A stretch of DNA of 61,457 nucleotides, the filler included. It is 6 parts of 6 records of this genome, joined end to end, with 100 filler letters (N's around TTAATTAATTAA, not from the genome) between each part and the next. Parts side by side here need not be neighbours in the genome. Positions count along the whole stretch, not along the records: positions 22,017 to 45,924 come from SRR31156797_29419; 5 more parts are not named here. The stretch is one strand, 5' to 3'. Made by a program: the position numbers and the translations under genes. Positions within the stretch are counted from its first letter, which is position 1. Each line of letters opens with the position of its first letter. This document shows, piece by piece, positions 28,930 to 37,811 of the stretch. The notes under the pieces were generated by a model. The model made no database searches. It saw only the letters and a program-made list of their open reading frames with translations, and was not told the origin of the DNA.

Positions 28930-29244
28930 ATGTTTTGCGGGGATAGTTTCATTCTGACTGCCCGTTTCAAAGCGCGGCCCGGAAACGAGGCTGAACTGAA
29001 GGAAGTTTTTGAAAGAGGGGTACGCGAATGTTCCGGGCAGGAAGGTCTGCTTATTTACAATTTGCATCAGGACAAAGATGATCCTGCCGTGTTTTTACTT
29101 TATGGGCATTTTAGTTCCGAAGCATCGTATCGTATGCACATGGACAGTGCACCTATCCGCAAGGTGTATGATACGGTTGTCGGTTTTGTTGAAGAAGGCC
29201 CTGAGATTAAGTTCTGGACTATGCTTGAAAAAGTAGGACAGTAG
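28930..29244 (+). CDS. ABM-family (putative quinol) monooxygenase
   Basis: ARFKARPG...EGLLIYNLHQDKDDPAVFLLY...HMDS. Confidence 0.85.
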   Translation: MFCGDSFILTARFKARPGNEAELKEVFERGVRECSGQEGLLIYNLHQDKDDPAVFLLYGHFSSEASYRMHMDSAPIRKVYDTVVGFVEEGPEIKFWTMLEKVGQ

Positions 29245-29313
29245 CTATGCTGGTTATTGCTTCTGTGGGATTTAAGATTGATAAGAAATTTATGGAATAA
29301 TTGGTGATTTTAA

Positions 29314-29805
29314 ATGGGAATTTCTCATACTCTATTTGGCTGCCATGTGGATGGCCGTCCTGATTACCTCCCCCTGGCTGGGGAACCGCGTATTAATAGC
29401 AAGCTTTCTCTTGCCGCTATTGAAATTGAAAAGGGCAGCGAGTTGTACGCCCGGATTATGGAAGAAGACAAGTTTAGTTTGAATTTGTTTTCCGGTAAGG
29501 TCTTAAACTACCTTGGTGTTGCAAATTCACTGTCTGAAAAGAAGAAATGCTATGACGGACGTTGTATCAGTTTTTATGGAAATTTTGATAGCGTACCTAT
29601 GCTGGAGGTCGCTCCTCTTGCCCTTGAATGCAGAATTTATGAAATCATTGATTTGGAAACATCTTCCTTTGTCATGGCCGAGATAACAGGCCGCTGGGTC
29701 AAAGGTGTTTGTTTCAAAAATGATAACTGTCCATCTATTGTTGAAACACAACCGATTCCTTTGTCTGATATGAAAGGGAAGAACACTATTGTTTCGGTTA
29801 TCTGA
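29314..29805 (+). CDS. Flavin reductase/flavoredoxin-like protein, divergent
   Basis: VDGRPDY, FSLNL, VPMLEVAPLALECRI, FVMAEI. Confidence 0.75.
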   Translation: MGISHTLFGCHVDGRPDYLPLAGEPRINSKLSLAAIEIEKGSELYARIMEEDKFSLNLFSGKVLNYLGVANSLSEKKKCYDGRCISFYGNFDSVPMLEVAPLALECRIYEIIDLETSSFVMAEITGRWVKGVCFKNDNCPSIVETQPIPLSDMKGKNTIVSVI

Positions 29806-29834
29806 ATATAACTAATTAAGTCTGTGGGGTAGAC

Positions 29835-30659
29835 ATGTTGAATTTCACGGTAAATGAAGAGCTTTGCATACAATGCGGCCTTTGCGCACAGGACTGTTTT
29901 TATGGACTCATTGAGTTGGATGAGTATCCACGGATTACAGATGAGCACAAATGTTTCCAGTGTCAGCACTGTCTAGCGGTCTGTCCAACAGGTGCTATTT
30001 CCATTCTGGAAAATTCCCCGGAAGATTCAGCCCCGCTTAAGGGCGGTCTTGCGGATGAGGATATGATTGCCACCTTGATCAAGGGGCGTCGCTCGATCCG
30101 GGCTTACAAGCCGGAGTCGTTGGAACCGGAAAGGATTCAAAAGCTTCTTGATGTTGCATGGCATGCTCCCACAGGCGTAAATTCACGTTGCGTGCACGTC
30201 ACTCTTATGGATGATCCTGATTCAGTTAAGAAGTTCCGCGATGAAATATATGACCGTCTTGAGGATGCCCTTGGAAAGGGGATTTCCGAGATTCCGCATG
30301 TGGTGAATCTGTTCAAGTTGGTCTGCCGGCAGATGAAGGAAAATAATATTGATGTGCTTTTCCGCGATGCACCCCACTTTGTAGTAGTTTCCGCTCCGCA
30401 AAGCGCCCCGAGCCGGACAGCAGATATGACGATTTTTCTTTCCTATTTCGAACTCATGGCTCAGTCCATGGGCATCGGCACTCTCTGGAATGGTATACTC
30501 AAGCGCGTAATTGAGTCTATCCTTCCGGACTTGAAAGAACGGCTCGGTATCCCCGAGGATCATGAACTAGGCTACGCCATGCTTTTCGGCAATCCTGCTG
30601 TTAAGTATCAGCGTACTGTCGAACGCGGTGAGGCGCGGGTCAGGCGTGTCGAGTGGTAG
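29835..30659 (+). CDS. Nitroreductase with N-terminal 2x4Fe-4S domain
   Basis: CIQCGLCAQDC, CFQCQHCLAVCP, RRSIRAY, APTGVN, GIGTLW. Confidence 0.93.
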   Translation: MLNFTVNEELCIQCGLCAQDCFYGLIELDEYPRITDEHKCFQCQHCLAVCPTGAISILENSPEDSAPLKGGLADEDMIATLIKGRRSIRAYKPESLEPERIQKLLDVAWHAPTGVNSRCVHVTLMDDPDSVKKFRDEIYDRLEDALGKGISEIPHVVNLFKLVCRQMKENNIDVLFRDAPHFVVVSAPQSAPSRTADMTIFLSYFELMAQSMGIGTLWNGILKRVIESILPDLKERLGIPEDHELGYAMLFGNPAVKYQRTVERGEARVRRVEW

Positions 30660-30681
30660 CAGTTAATATAGATTGGATTTG

Positions 30682-30720
30682 AAAAACCCGGTATTTCGAA
30701 ACGAAATACCGGGCTTTTTT
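30682..30720 (+). terminator. Intrinsic terminator
   Basis: CCCGGTATTTCG-AAA-CGAAATACCGGG followed by a T-tract. Confidence 0.85.
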
Positions 30721-30755
30721 ATTGCCCTCTGGTCCCAAACGCGTACTATGAAGTA

Positions 30756-31484
30756 ATGGAAAACTCCCGCAAATACATACAAGCTGCGCGTTATCTGGGC
30801 ATCGCAATTCTGACTATTCTGGTGTTGCAATCTTGTATAGTTGTTGTGCATGAATTTACGCACAGCACCATGGCCTATCTGTTAGGTGAGATAAAGAGTC
30901 CGCTTGATATCGTCTGGGGTAATCCGATCCTGATGACCGGCTGGGATGAGGGTGTTGATTATACGCATATCTTCGCAGAGGGTCACGACTGGCATGCTGC
31001 GGTTATTGGGTTCAGCCCGCTTGTCATGCATTCCATTGTGACCGGAATCTGTCTGTTTTTGATGAATATGCACAGGCTGCAAAATAAGTGGGTGTATCAT
31101 GTTGTTTACTGGCTGGCTGTGGTCAACCTCATGGAGCTTGTAGCATACATCTATATGCGTGCCTTTGCAGATCATGGAGATGTGGGGCGCTTTAACCAAG
31201 GTATGCATCTCTCCGCTTGGTGGGTGTTTCTGCTAGGGGGAGCATTCGTGACTTGGTTGCTCTGGCAGTTGTTCCGCTACGCCTTGCCGCGACTGCAGAA
31301 GCTTTTTGCTGGGAATAATACCGTATGCGCATGGACCATGCTGGTTCTGACTTCGTTTACTATTTATTTGTGGGGTAGCGGTATTCGTGTGATGGCTTAT
31401 GTGGACGGGCTGCAGAGTTTATTTGGAGTGGCTGGAGTTTTTATACTTATAGCAACCTTGATTGTGTTCAGAGTCCGATCTTGA
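30756..31484 (+). CDS. Membrane protein with HExxH motif (M50-like intramembrane metallopeptidase candidate)
   Basis: VVHEFTH at the end of TM1, a later DHGD motif, several TM helices. Confidence 0.6.
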   Translation: MENSRKYIQAARYLGIAILTILVLQSCIVVVHEFTHSTMAYLLGEIKSPLDIVWGNPILMTGWDEGVDYTHIFAEGHDWHAAVIGFSPLVMHSIVTGICLFLMNMHRLQNKWVYHVVYWLAVVNLMELVAYIYMRAFADHGDVGRFNQGMHLSAWWVFLLGGAFVTWLLWQLFRYALPRLQKLFAGNNTVCAWTMLVLTSFTIYLWGSGIRVMAYVDGLQSLFGVAGVFILIATLIVFRVRS

Positions 31485-31489
31485 ATAAA

Positions 31490-31522
31490 AATCCCCGCCG
31501 TTCGGTTTGAAGGGCGGGGATT
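31490..31522. terminator. Bidirectional terminator
   Basis: AATCCCCGCC...GGCGGGGATT between convergent genes; T-tract on the - strand. Confidence 0.75.
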
Positions 31523-31528
31523 GGTCTT

Positions 31529-32356
31529 TTATTTTAAATTGTTCCAATATTGAATTATGTGTCCACTATTGGGAATATCTTTTATAAGTTGTCCAAGTCG
31601 TATCTTATCGTGCTCATAGCTCTTTTTGTCTGTTTGGTTAGTCTGTGCATATTTACTGCTAGCACAATTTTTTATTTCTGATTCTAGAGCTGATTCATAT
31701 ACTTCCATTCTGTAATAATAAATAAGTAACTTGCATTCTGCTGCATATATTTTTAGGGGGATGGGACTTTCAGGATTACTTAAGACATATTCTAAGTCCT
31801 TTAAGTTTTTGTCAGACAGAATAGGCATTATTCTGTTCAAAGAAACACATTCTTTATCAAAACTTTGAGTACCCTTATGATAGATTGGTTTAGCGTCACC
31901 CAGTGCGACTAAACTTGGTAAAATCTTGAGAATCATCCTGTCGCGATTTGTAAAGTATTTTTCATTTTCTTTTGCATTTCTTAGTACATTGTATGCTTCT
32001 GTGCTGTTTCCCAGTTTCCAGTTTGTCAGTCCTTTCAATATAATATAATTACCATAGAGTTTGTGTTTCTTCAGTTCATTCTGGTCTTCTTCATTAATAG
32101 TTTTCAGGGTTTGTAATGTTTCGAAATATAATAAATTTGATTCATTTTGTAGTCCCACCGGAGCAGCAGACAGAGTTTCCATGCTGATATTGTTTATGCC
32201 GGATAAATGAGCATTCTGGTTATCAAGTTGTGCAGCTTTATTAAATGAATCCTGAGCTGTTCTAAGTTTATTTACTGTTTTGCATCCGCATAATGCAAAA
32301 AGAATCACCATTGCCAGAACAAATGAAAGTTTAAACTGCCTTCTTCTGTTTTCCAT
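31529..32356 (-). CDS. Hypothetical helical lipoprotein
   Basis: RRR + hydrophobic stretch + LCGC lipobox; TPR-like segment ILKGLTNWKLGNSTEAY. Confidence 0.8.
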   Translation of the reverse strand: MENRRRQFKLSFVLAMVILFALCGCKTVNKLRTAQDSFNKAAQLDNQNAHLSGINNISMETLSAAPVGLQNESNLLYFETLQTLKTINEEDQNELKKHKLYGNYIILKGLTNWKLGNSTEAYNVLRNAKENEKYFTNRDRMILKILPSLVALGDAKPIYHKGTQSFDKECVSLNRIMPILSDKNLKDLEYVLSNPESPIPLKIYAAECKLLIYYYRMEVYESALESEIKNCASSKYAQTNQTDKKSYEHDKIRLGQLIKDIPNSGHIIQYWNNLK

Positions 32357-32365
32357 GAGTGACTC

Positions 32366-34186
32366 CTAAGGTAGGGCTTGTAATTGGGTTTTTGCGATTT
32401 TTTTAAGTTCAACAAAATCGACTTTGTTTTTCATTTTTATGTCTTTCATAAAATTGGTCATGACTTTTTCCAATGCCTTAACGGCTTTTGGTGAAGCTTT
32501 AGATTCAGTTAGTTCAGTCATAAGGATGTTTATTACTTTTTGAAGGATTTCATCTCGGCAAATCCGCCATTTTATTGTTTTATCAGAGCTGTTAAATATC
32601 GATGATATGATTGCATCGATCGCGGCAGCTGCAATGATTTTCCCATCTTCATCATAATATTCAAGAAGTTCTTGGCGTAAGGCGATTCCCTTGATTACCT
32701 CTGTGATTATATTTGCTGATGTCTTTGCTGATAAGCTTGCTTTTTGGGCTTTAAGGCAAGTTATCGTTTGGCCCAAAGCCAGGTTCAAGGCGCTTTTGAA
32801 ATATTTATTTTCTCCGGTAATCCATTCGGGGTTAGTTTTGATTTCGTCACATATGGTTTCGACAACTATTAGCATTTCTGCATGGGTGAAATCAGGTCTC
32901 CAGTATGGATAGTCGGGATTGCTGTCTGTGAGAGCTTTTATGGTTGCCTGTGTAGCTATGAATAATATGTTTTCCTGTGGTGAGCGTTGTTCGTTTGGCC
33001 AGAGTAGGTCTAGGTTGTCGCCTGTTTTTTCTAATATGATACTGGCTATTTCCGGTAGCATGCCATCGTTAAACAGAGGCATATTTGTTCCGGCTAGCCC
33101 CCCTGTAATTTCAGAGAATAGTTTGTTGATTTTATCATCTGTATTGGTGATCAGTTTAGGATGTTTACTAATAACAGATAATGCTGTTCTGGTCAGGCGT
33201 TCCGCTCCTGCTTGACTGAAAATAGGTTTGAATTCGATGCTTTCATTGCCGATCATTAAATCAAGAACATCTCCTCCTATTTTTTGAGCCATTTCTTGGC
33301 TGGCTTTTCCTTGTATTCCAAGAAAGCTGCCGGGATCTGAAATAGCGGTGCGGGCTGTTGCATCCAGGATTCCACGAAAGATGAGTTCACCCCATTCCTC
33401 CATTTCCAAACGTTTATTACGTCTTGTGGTTTCGTCAGTATAGTTTTGATTGATCTCTTTGTTACGTTTGGTGACCAACTCAGATACTTTTGTTGCTGAA
33501 TTTCCTATGAGTATATGTACGTTCTTGTTGTTACCGAATACTCCAGAATTTGCGGAAACAGTTTCAAGGGTTGCTGTGAATAATTGTACGGGAAGATTAT
33601 CCAGTACTTCTGTGCTAAAATTAATCTGATCCAATTCGTTGATGAACGAATGGATTAATTTTCCTTCTGAGGTATTTGTATTAAATAGCTGCGGATTTAG
33701 CTGTAGGAAGTCTATACCTACTTCAACTATTGCCCCAGCTACACGTTGTATTGATGATGAAGCTGAGTACCCTTGTTCCCACCCTTCAACAGCGTAGAGG
33801 GCTCCAACACTGATTGTGTCACTGACACCACATTCTTCTCCATTCCAGTAACCTAATTGTGCTTTTGCTCTTGCTGCAAGAGTTTTTAGTTCTTCTTTTT
33901 CAGTTAAGCTGAAATTCTCTAAAGGTTTTTTAAGTTCGGCAACTCTGGACCATGGTTTTGTAGTGCTGCCTTTTTTTTGTTTGACGAATTGAGCCCCTTC
34001 GCAATCATCGTTTTTATAGAAGAAAAGCCAAGCTTTAGTGTTCGTCATTTCAGTAGGCAAATCAGGCAGCGGCAATACTAATTCCCGGTTACGGGTAATA
34101 TCCACATAACTCTTGTATCCGGCCTCCCCGATCTTAATGGAGGCCCGTATGGCGAAGATAATTATTGTTGCGGTATCCATTATCAT
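32366..34186 (-). CDS. Hypothetical 606-aa alpha-helical repeat protein
   Basis: Long ORF coupled to the upstream gene (TAATG); no recognised domain; recurring hxxxxLxxhxx(N/H/D)Pxhh motif. Confidence 0.85.
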   Translation of the reverse strand: MIMDTATIIIFAIRASIKIGEAGYKSYVDITRNRELVLPLPDLPTEMTNTKAWLFFYKNDDCEGAQFVKQKKGSTTKPWSRVAELKKPLENFSLTEKEELKTLAARAKAQLGYWNGEECGVSDTISVGALYAVEGWEQGYSASSSIQRVAGAIVEVGIDFLQLNPQLFNTNTSEGKLIHSFINELDQINFSTEVLDNLPVQLFTATLETVSANSGVFGNNKNVHILIGNSATKVSELVTKRNKEINQNYTDETTRRNKRLEMEEWGELIFRGILDATARTAISDPGSFLGIQGKASQEMAQKIGGDVLDLMIGNESIEFKPIFSQAGAERLTRTALSVISKHPKLITNTDDKINKLFSEITGGLAGTNMPLFNDGMLPEIASIILEKTGDNLDLLWPNEQRSPQENILFIATQATIKALTDSNPDYPYWRPDFTHAEMLIVVETICDEIKTNPEWITGENKYFKSALNLALGQTITCLKAQKASLSAKTSANIITEVIKGIALRQELLEYYDEDGKIIAAAAIDAIISSIFNSSDKTIKWRICRDEILQKVINILMTELTESKASPKAVKALEKVMTNFMKDIKMKNKVDFVELKKIAKTQLQALP

Positions 34187-34788
34187 TATGCATCTCCTTC
34201 GGGTGTGGCTGGTGTTGCTTCTGATTCTCCTTTGAGCTGGAGAATTTCTTCCTTCAAGCGTTTGTTTTCTTTTTTTAAATTATCCTCACCCTGTGCCTCA
34301 AGGAAACGCTTTTCCCGTTGTTTAGGATCACGCAACTTAAGCTTTTCGAAGAGGGTGTTCATGCTGCCGCTTCCTCCGGCCAAGAGCATGGAGGTCAGGA
34401 AAAAATCAATGTTGGCGTTTACAGGGTGATTATTGCCAAAAAGGATGGTGACTAACTTTTGAACTATGTCCAGATCAGCAGATTTACAGAAAATGAAAAG
34501 GGTGACGACGATTATGGGGGTTTTCCAACCTTTGTTGTAGGTGTGTTTGATGAAGAATCGCCAGTCGAAAAGGGTGGTGAATGAGACTTCTATGAAAGTG
34601 GCGAGGATGAAGGTTTTGAATAGTAAGGTAAGGGCTTCGTCATAGATTTGTTGGTCGTTGGCGTTTGATGCCGCTAGAGTTGCATTGTTTGAGGCAAGAG
34701 CTGGAATTGTGCAAAGTAAAATAGCCAGCATTGTGATCCAGAAACTTGGTTTTGAAATTTTTGATATGACTCCCATAAAACCTCCCAT
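34186..34788 (-). CDS. Hypothetical membrane protein, holin-like
   Basis: Signal-like N-terminus, about 3 further TM segments, DLDIV...FLTSMLLAGGSGSMNTLF, charged coiled-coil tail. Confidence 0.7.
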   Translation of the reverse strand: MGGFMGVISKISKPSFWITMLAILLCTIPALASNNATLAASNANDQQIYDEALTLLFKTFILATFIEVSFTTLFDWRFFIKHTYNKGWKTPIIVVTLFIFCKSADLDIVQKLVTILFGNNHPVNANIDFFLTSMLLAGGSGSMNTLFEKLKLRDPKQREKRFLEAQGEDNLKKENKRLKEEILQLKGESEATPATPEGDA

Positions 34789-35058
34789 TTAAATCGCTAA
34801 GTGAGTCTCTATAATCATCTGGTGGTTATTCTTAAAAAACTTTTATTCTATGAGCTGTCAATAGGCTTTCATATGCATTTTAGTGGCATTGTTTAAGTTT
34901 AATAAATGTCATAAATATGGCCAGTTATGTTTAGCTAGTGTCAGACTGGACAGTGTCAAGCTGGGTGAAGACCGTATTTTAACTAAGAATAAAGATAAGC
35001 TTGGATTGGAAGTGAGTTTATATGTTTTTTCAAGTTTAACTTTTGAAAAGAGGTTTTT

Positions 35059-35475
35059 ATGCGGAAAGTGGAATTAATACGTATTGAATCGACTGATGAG
35101 GCCACGCTTGGGGGGCTGTTGGTGGATGGGAAATCCATATGCTGGACACTGGAAGAACCGTGGCGTGGAAACCAAGAAGATATCTCGTGCATACCAGCGG
35201 GCCGATATTCGTTGAAGCTTGAATATTCGCCTTCAAAGAGACGCGAATTGTGGACGGTTAAAGACATTTCGGGCCGATCCTATGTGCGAATCCATAAGGG
35301 GAATACAGTTGATGATACTGAGGGGTGTCCGCTTACAGGAACTAAGCCCGGTTATTTGGACGGGAAGCGGGCAGTACTTGGCAGTCGGGAAGCTTTTAAC
35401 GAGTTTATGAATGCCATGAGTGGAAGTAGAGAGGGAGTGATTGAAATATCGTATTCATCAGTGGGGTTCTGCTAG
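35059..35475 (+). CDS. DUF5675 family protein (YkuD-like putative peptidoglycan peptidase/endolysin)
   Basis: TLEEPW..N...SCIPAGRY...YSP...RIHKGNT..DTEGCPL, with an intact His/Cys pair. Confidence 0.88.
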   Translation: MRKVELIRIESTDEATLGGLLVDGKSICWTLEEPWRGNQEDISCIPAGRYSLKLEYSPSKRRELWTVKDISGRSYVRIHKGNTVDDTEGCPLTGTKPGYLDGKRAVLGSREAFNEFMNAMSGSREGVIEISYSSVGFC

Positions 35476-35588
35476 ACTGTCTTGGTTTAGGAATAATTTT
35501 GCAGTTCTGAGAAAGTTTGCTGCAGTCTAATTTATCTTGATTTACAGCATGGTAAGTAAGAAGATGGTTCGCAAATACAGGGGGAATT

Positions 35589-36482
35589 ATGAATAAAGTT
35601 AAGTGGGGATCTGAAGAGAAAAAACAGTGGCTGGAACAGGCTGTCATTGAAAAGAGTTACCAGCAGGATGTTTTGGATAGAATTTTTGCTTTGCCTGATT
35701 CATACCGCAGAGAAAAGTATGGTCGGCTTTCATATGATCAGGAACGTTATCCGATATATGCACTGCTTTCAAAGGATTGGGGTGAGAGTAAACCCACGGC
35801 TTTGATCACAGCCGGAGTGCATGGGTATGAAATCGGGGGCATATATGCAGCTCTTGAATTCTTGGAGACAACAGCTTTGGAGTACGCGGATAAGTTTAAT
35901 CTTGTAGTTGTCCCGTGTGTCAGTCCTTGGGGATATGAGACCAATAATCGTTGGAATCCATATACCGTTGATCCTAACAGGTCTTTTTGCGGTGAGAATA
36001 AAGCTGAAGAGTCTACGTTGCTGAAACAGTTTGTGACAACGATTCCCGGTGATATAGCAGTGCATATTGATTTACATGAAACAACTGATCGAGACAAAAC
36101 TGTTTTTCGCCCCGCACTTGCTGCAAGAGACGGAGTTGAGTGCGCTGTCGAAGGTATACCGCAGGGTTTTTATCTTGTTGCTGATGAGGGTAGACCTGAG
36201 CTTCCTTTTCAGGAAGCGGTTATACGTTCGGTGGAAGCGGTTACTCCCATTGCAGATAAGGATGGGGAGGGCAATATTCTCGGTAAACCTGCAATTGCCC
36301 ACGGAGTTATTTATTACCCTATGCGTGAGTTAGGGTTAAGTGGAACCCTGACAAATGCACGTTTTCACACAACCACTGAAATATATCCTGACGGTGACTG
36401 GATGACTCCCAAATCAAGTGTTGAGGGACAGATCGCTGCCATCAGGGGCGGGTTGGATTACGTAATAGAGTATTTGGGATAG
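35589..36482 (+). CDS. M14 family metallocarboxypeptidase (AstE/MpaA-like)
   Basis: GVHGYE, DPNRSF, IDLHET, TTTEIYPD. Confidence 0.88.
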   Translation: MNKVKWGSEEKKQWLEQAVIEKSYQQDVLDRIFALPDSYRREKYGRLSYDQERYPIYALLSKDWGESKPTALITAGVHGYEIGGIYAALEFLETTALEYADKFNLVVVPCVSPWGYETNNRWNPYTVDPNRSFCGENKAEESTLLKQFVTTIPGDIAVHIDLHETTDRDKTVFRPALAARDGVECAVEGIPQGFYLVADEGRPELPFQEAVIRSVEAVTPIADKDGEGNILGKPAIAHGVIYYPMRELGLSGTLTNARFHTTTEIYPDGDWMTPKSSVEGQIAAIRGGLDYVIEYLG

Positions 36483-36509
36483 TGGGAATAAAACGATTTA
36501 TCTAAAAAA

Positions 36510-36544
36510 AATCCCCTTGTCATATTGATTACGACAAGGGGATT
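36510..36544. terminator. Bidirectional terminator
   Basis: AATCCCCTTGTC...GACAAGGGGATT between convergent genes. Confidence 0.75.
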
Positions 36545-36550
36545 AATTTG

Positions 36551-37570
36551 TTACAGGGGGCGTTCCTTCAAACCCAGCACTTCCTGAATTTTAGGTTCTG
36601 ATAAATTTTCTTTGGTGATTAGATACACATTGGTCAAGGTTTCAGCTGGTATCTTTTTCTCTCTGGCAGCCATTGCTGCCTGAGTCACAGCAATTCTTCC
36701 TATCTCATACGGGTCCTGCGCTATACCTGCGGCGATTTTTCCTTCCTTAATGTCCTGAATCATTAGCGGGTCAGGGTTGAACGCAACAAAGCTAAGACTG
36801 TCAAGTTTGTTTATCTCTCTTAATGTCTTAAGTAATATTTCGCTGCTGCTTTCATTGAAGCCGACAACGGCATTGATATTTTTTTTCTTGTTTGGATTAT
36901 CGTTACCATACATGGCTAAGCGAATTTTGGAGGAGCCTTTTTTTGGGTCCTCACCTACATAAATGGCTCTACTAATTTTAAGCCTTGAGTCAGATTTCTT
37001 CAGTTGGTCCTTGAAACCATTAATCCTGCTATTTACTGGGGAGTTGCCTTTGATAAACATACCCAGAACCACTGTTCCTGAATCTTTTAGTTCTTTTTGC
37101 AGGAACTCAGCAGCCAGCTTTCCACCCTCGAAGTTTTTTGAATGCACGTATCCTGTTTTTGCATTGCCGAATACTTTTGAGACCATTTGAATGATGGGAA
37201 TTCCTTTGCGCATGGCTTTTTTTATGGATTTCTTCATTCTCAGGCTATGTACTGGAGAAATTACTACCGCATCTATTTTGTGTTCTATGCACCAATCAAC
37301 TTTAAGTTTTTGTTCCTTAAAGTCTCCAAGTCCTGCGGGGCTGAGCCAATAAATTTTGATATTACCGTCATCGGTAGCGGCTTTAACTACGCCTCTTTTC
37401 AATAGGTGCCAGAAGTCCAGATCTCCACGTTCCGGGATTACCGCAATGTTGAGTTTTTTGGGCACGAGAGAATCAGTGGCTTTTGCCGGCTGCGTTACGA
37501 GCAGGGCTGTGAAAAGTAAAATGAATATAGTGATGAATTTGATTCGAGGCATGAAGTTGTGCTGTTTCAT
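36551..37570 (-). CDS. Orphan sugar-binding periplasmic protein (RbsB-like)
   Basis: Signal peptide, DFWHLLKRG, IDAVVISP, NFEGGKLAA, RINGF, QDPYEIG. Confidence 0.88.
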   Translation of the reverse strand: MKQHNFMPRIKFITIFILLFTALLVTQPAKATDSLVPKKLNIAVIPERGDLDFWHLLKRGVVKAATDDGNIKIYWLSPAGLGDFKEQKLKVDWCIEHKIDAVVISPVHSLRMKKSIKKAMRKGIPIIQMVSKVFGNAKTGYVHSKNFEGGKLAAEFLQKELKDSGTVVLGMFIKGNSPVNSRINGFKDQLKKSDSRLKISRAIYVGEDPKKGSSKIRLAMYGNDNPNKKKNINAVVGFNESSSEILLKTLREINKLDSLSFVAFNPDPLMIQDIKEGKIAAGIAQDPYEIGRIAVTQAAMAAREKKIPAETLTNVYLITKENLSEPKIQEVLGLKERPL

Positions 37571-37811
37571 CCGATCTCCTTAAATAACTGACGGGTTTAG
37601 TTTTTACGAAATGAGTGTAACTCTAAGGAATTCTTCAATCAAGGGTAGATAATGTTAATTATGTTTGTGAGCAAAAAAAACTACTATTTCTTTTTGTCTG
37701 GTAAAAGATTATATAAGGATATCCGCTATAGTGGGTATCATGCAGGGGGGCTACTTTTGGTATTAAGTTTTGGGGGAAACAGGGCTGGTGGAGGTTTTGA
37801 AGGTGCAAAGC

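Noticed and set aside
31529-35475. Intact prophage
   Set aside because: No integrase, terminase, capsid or tail genes; only lysis-type components.
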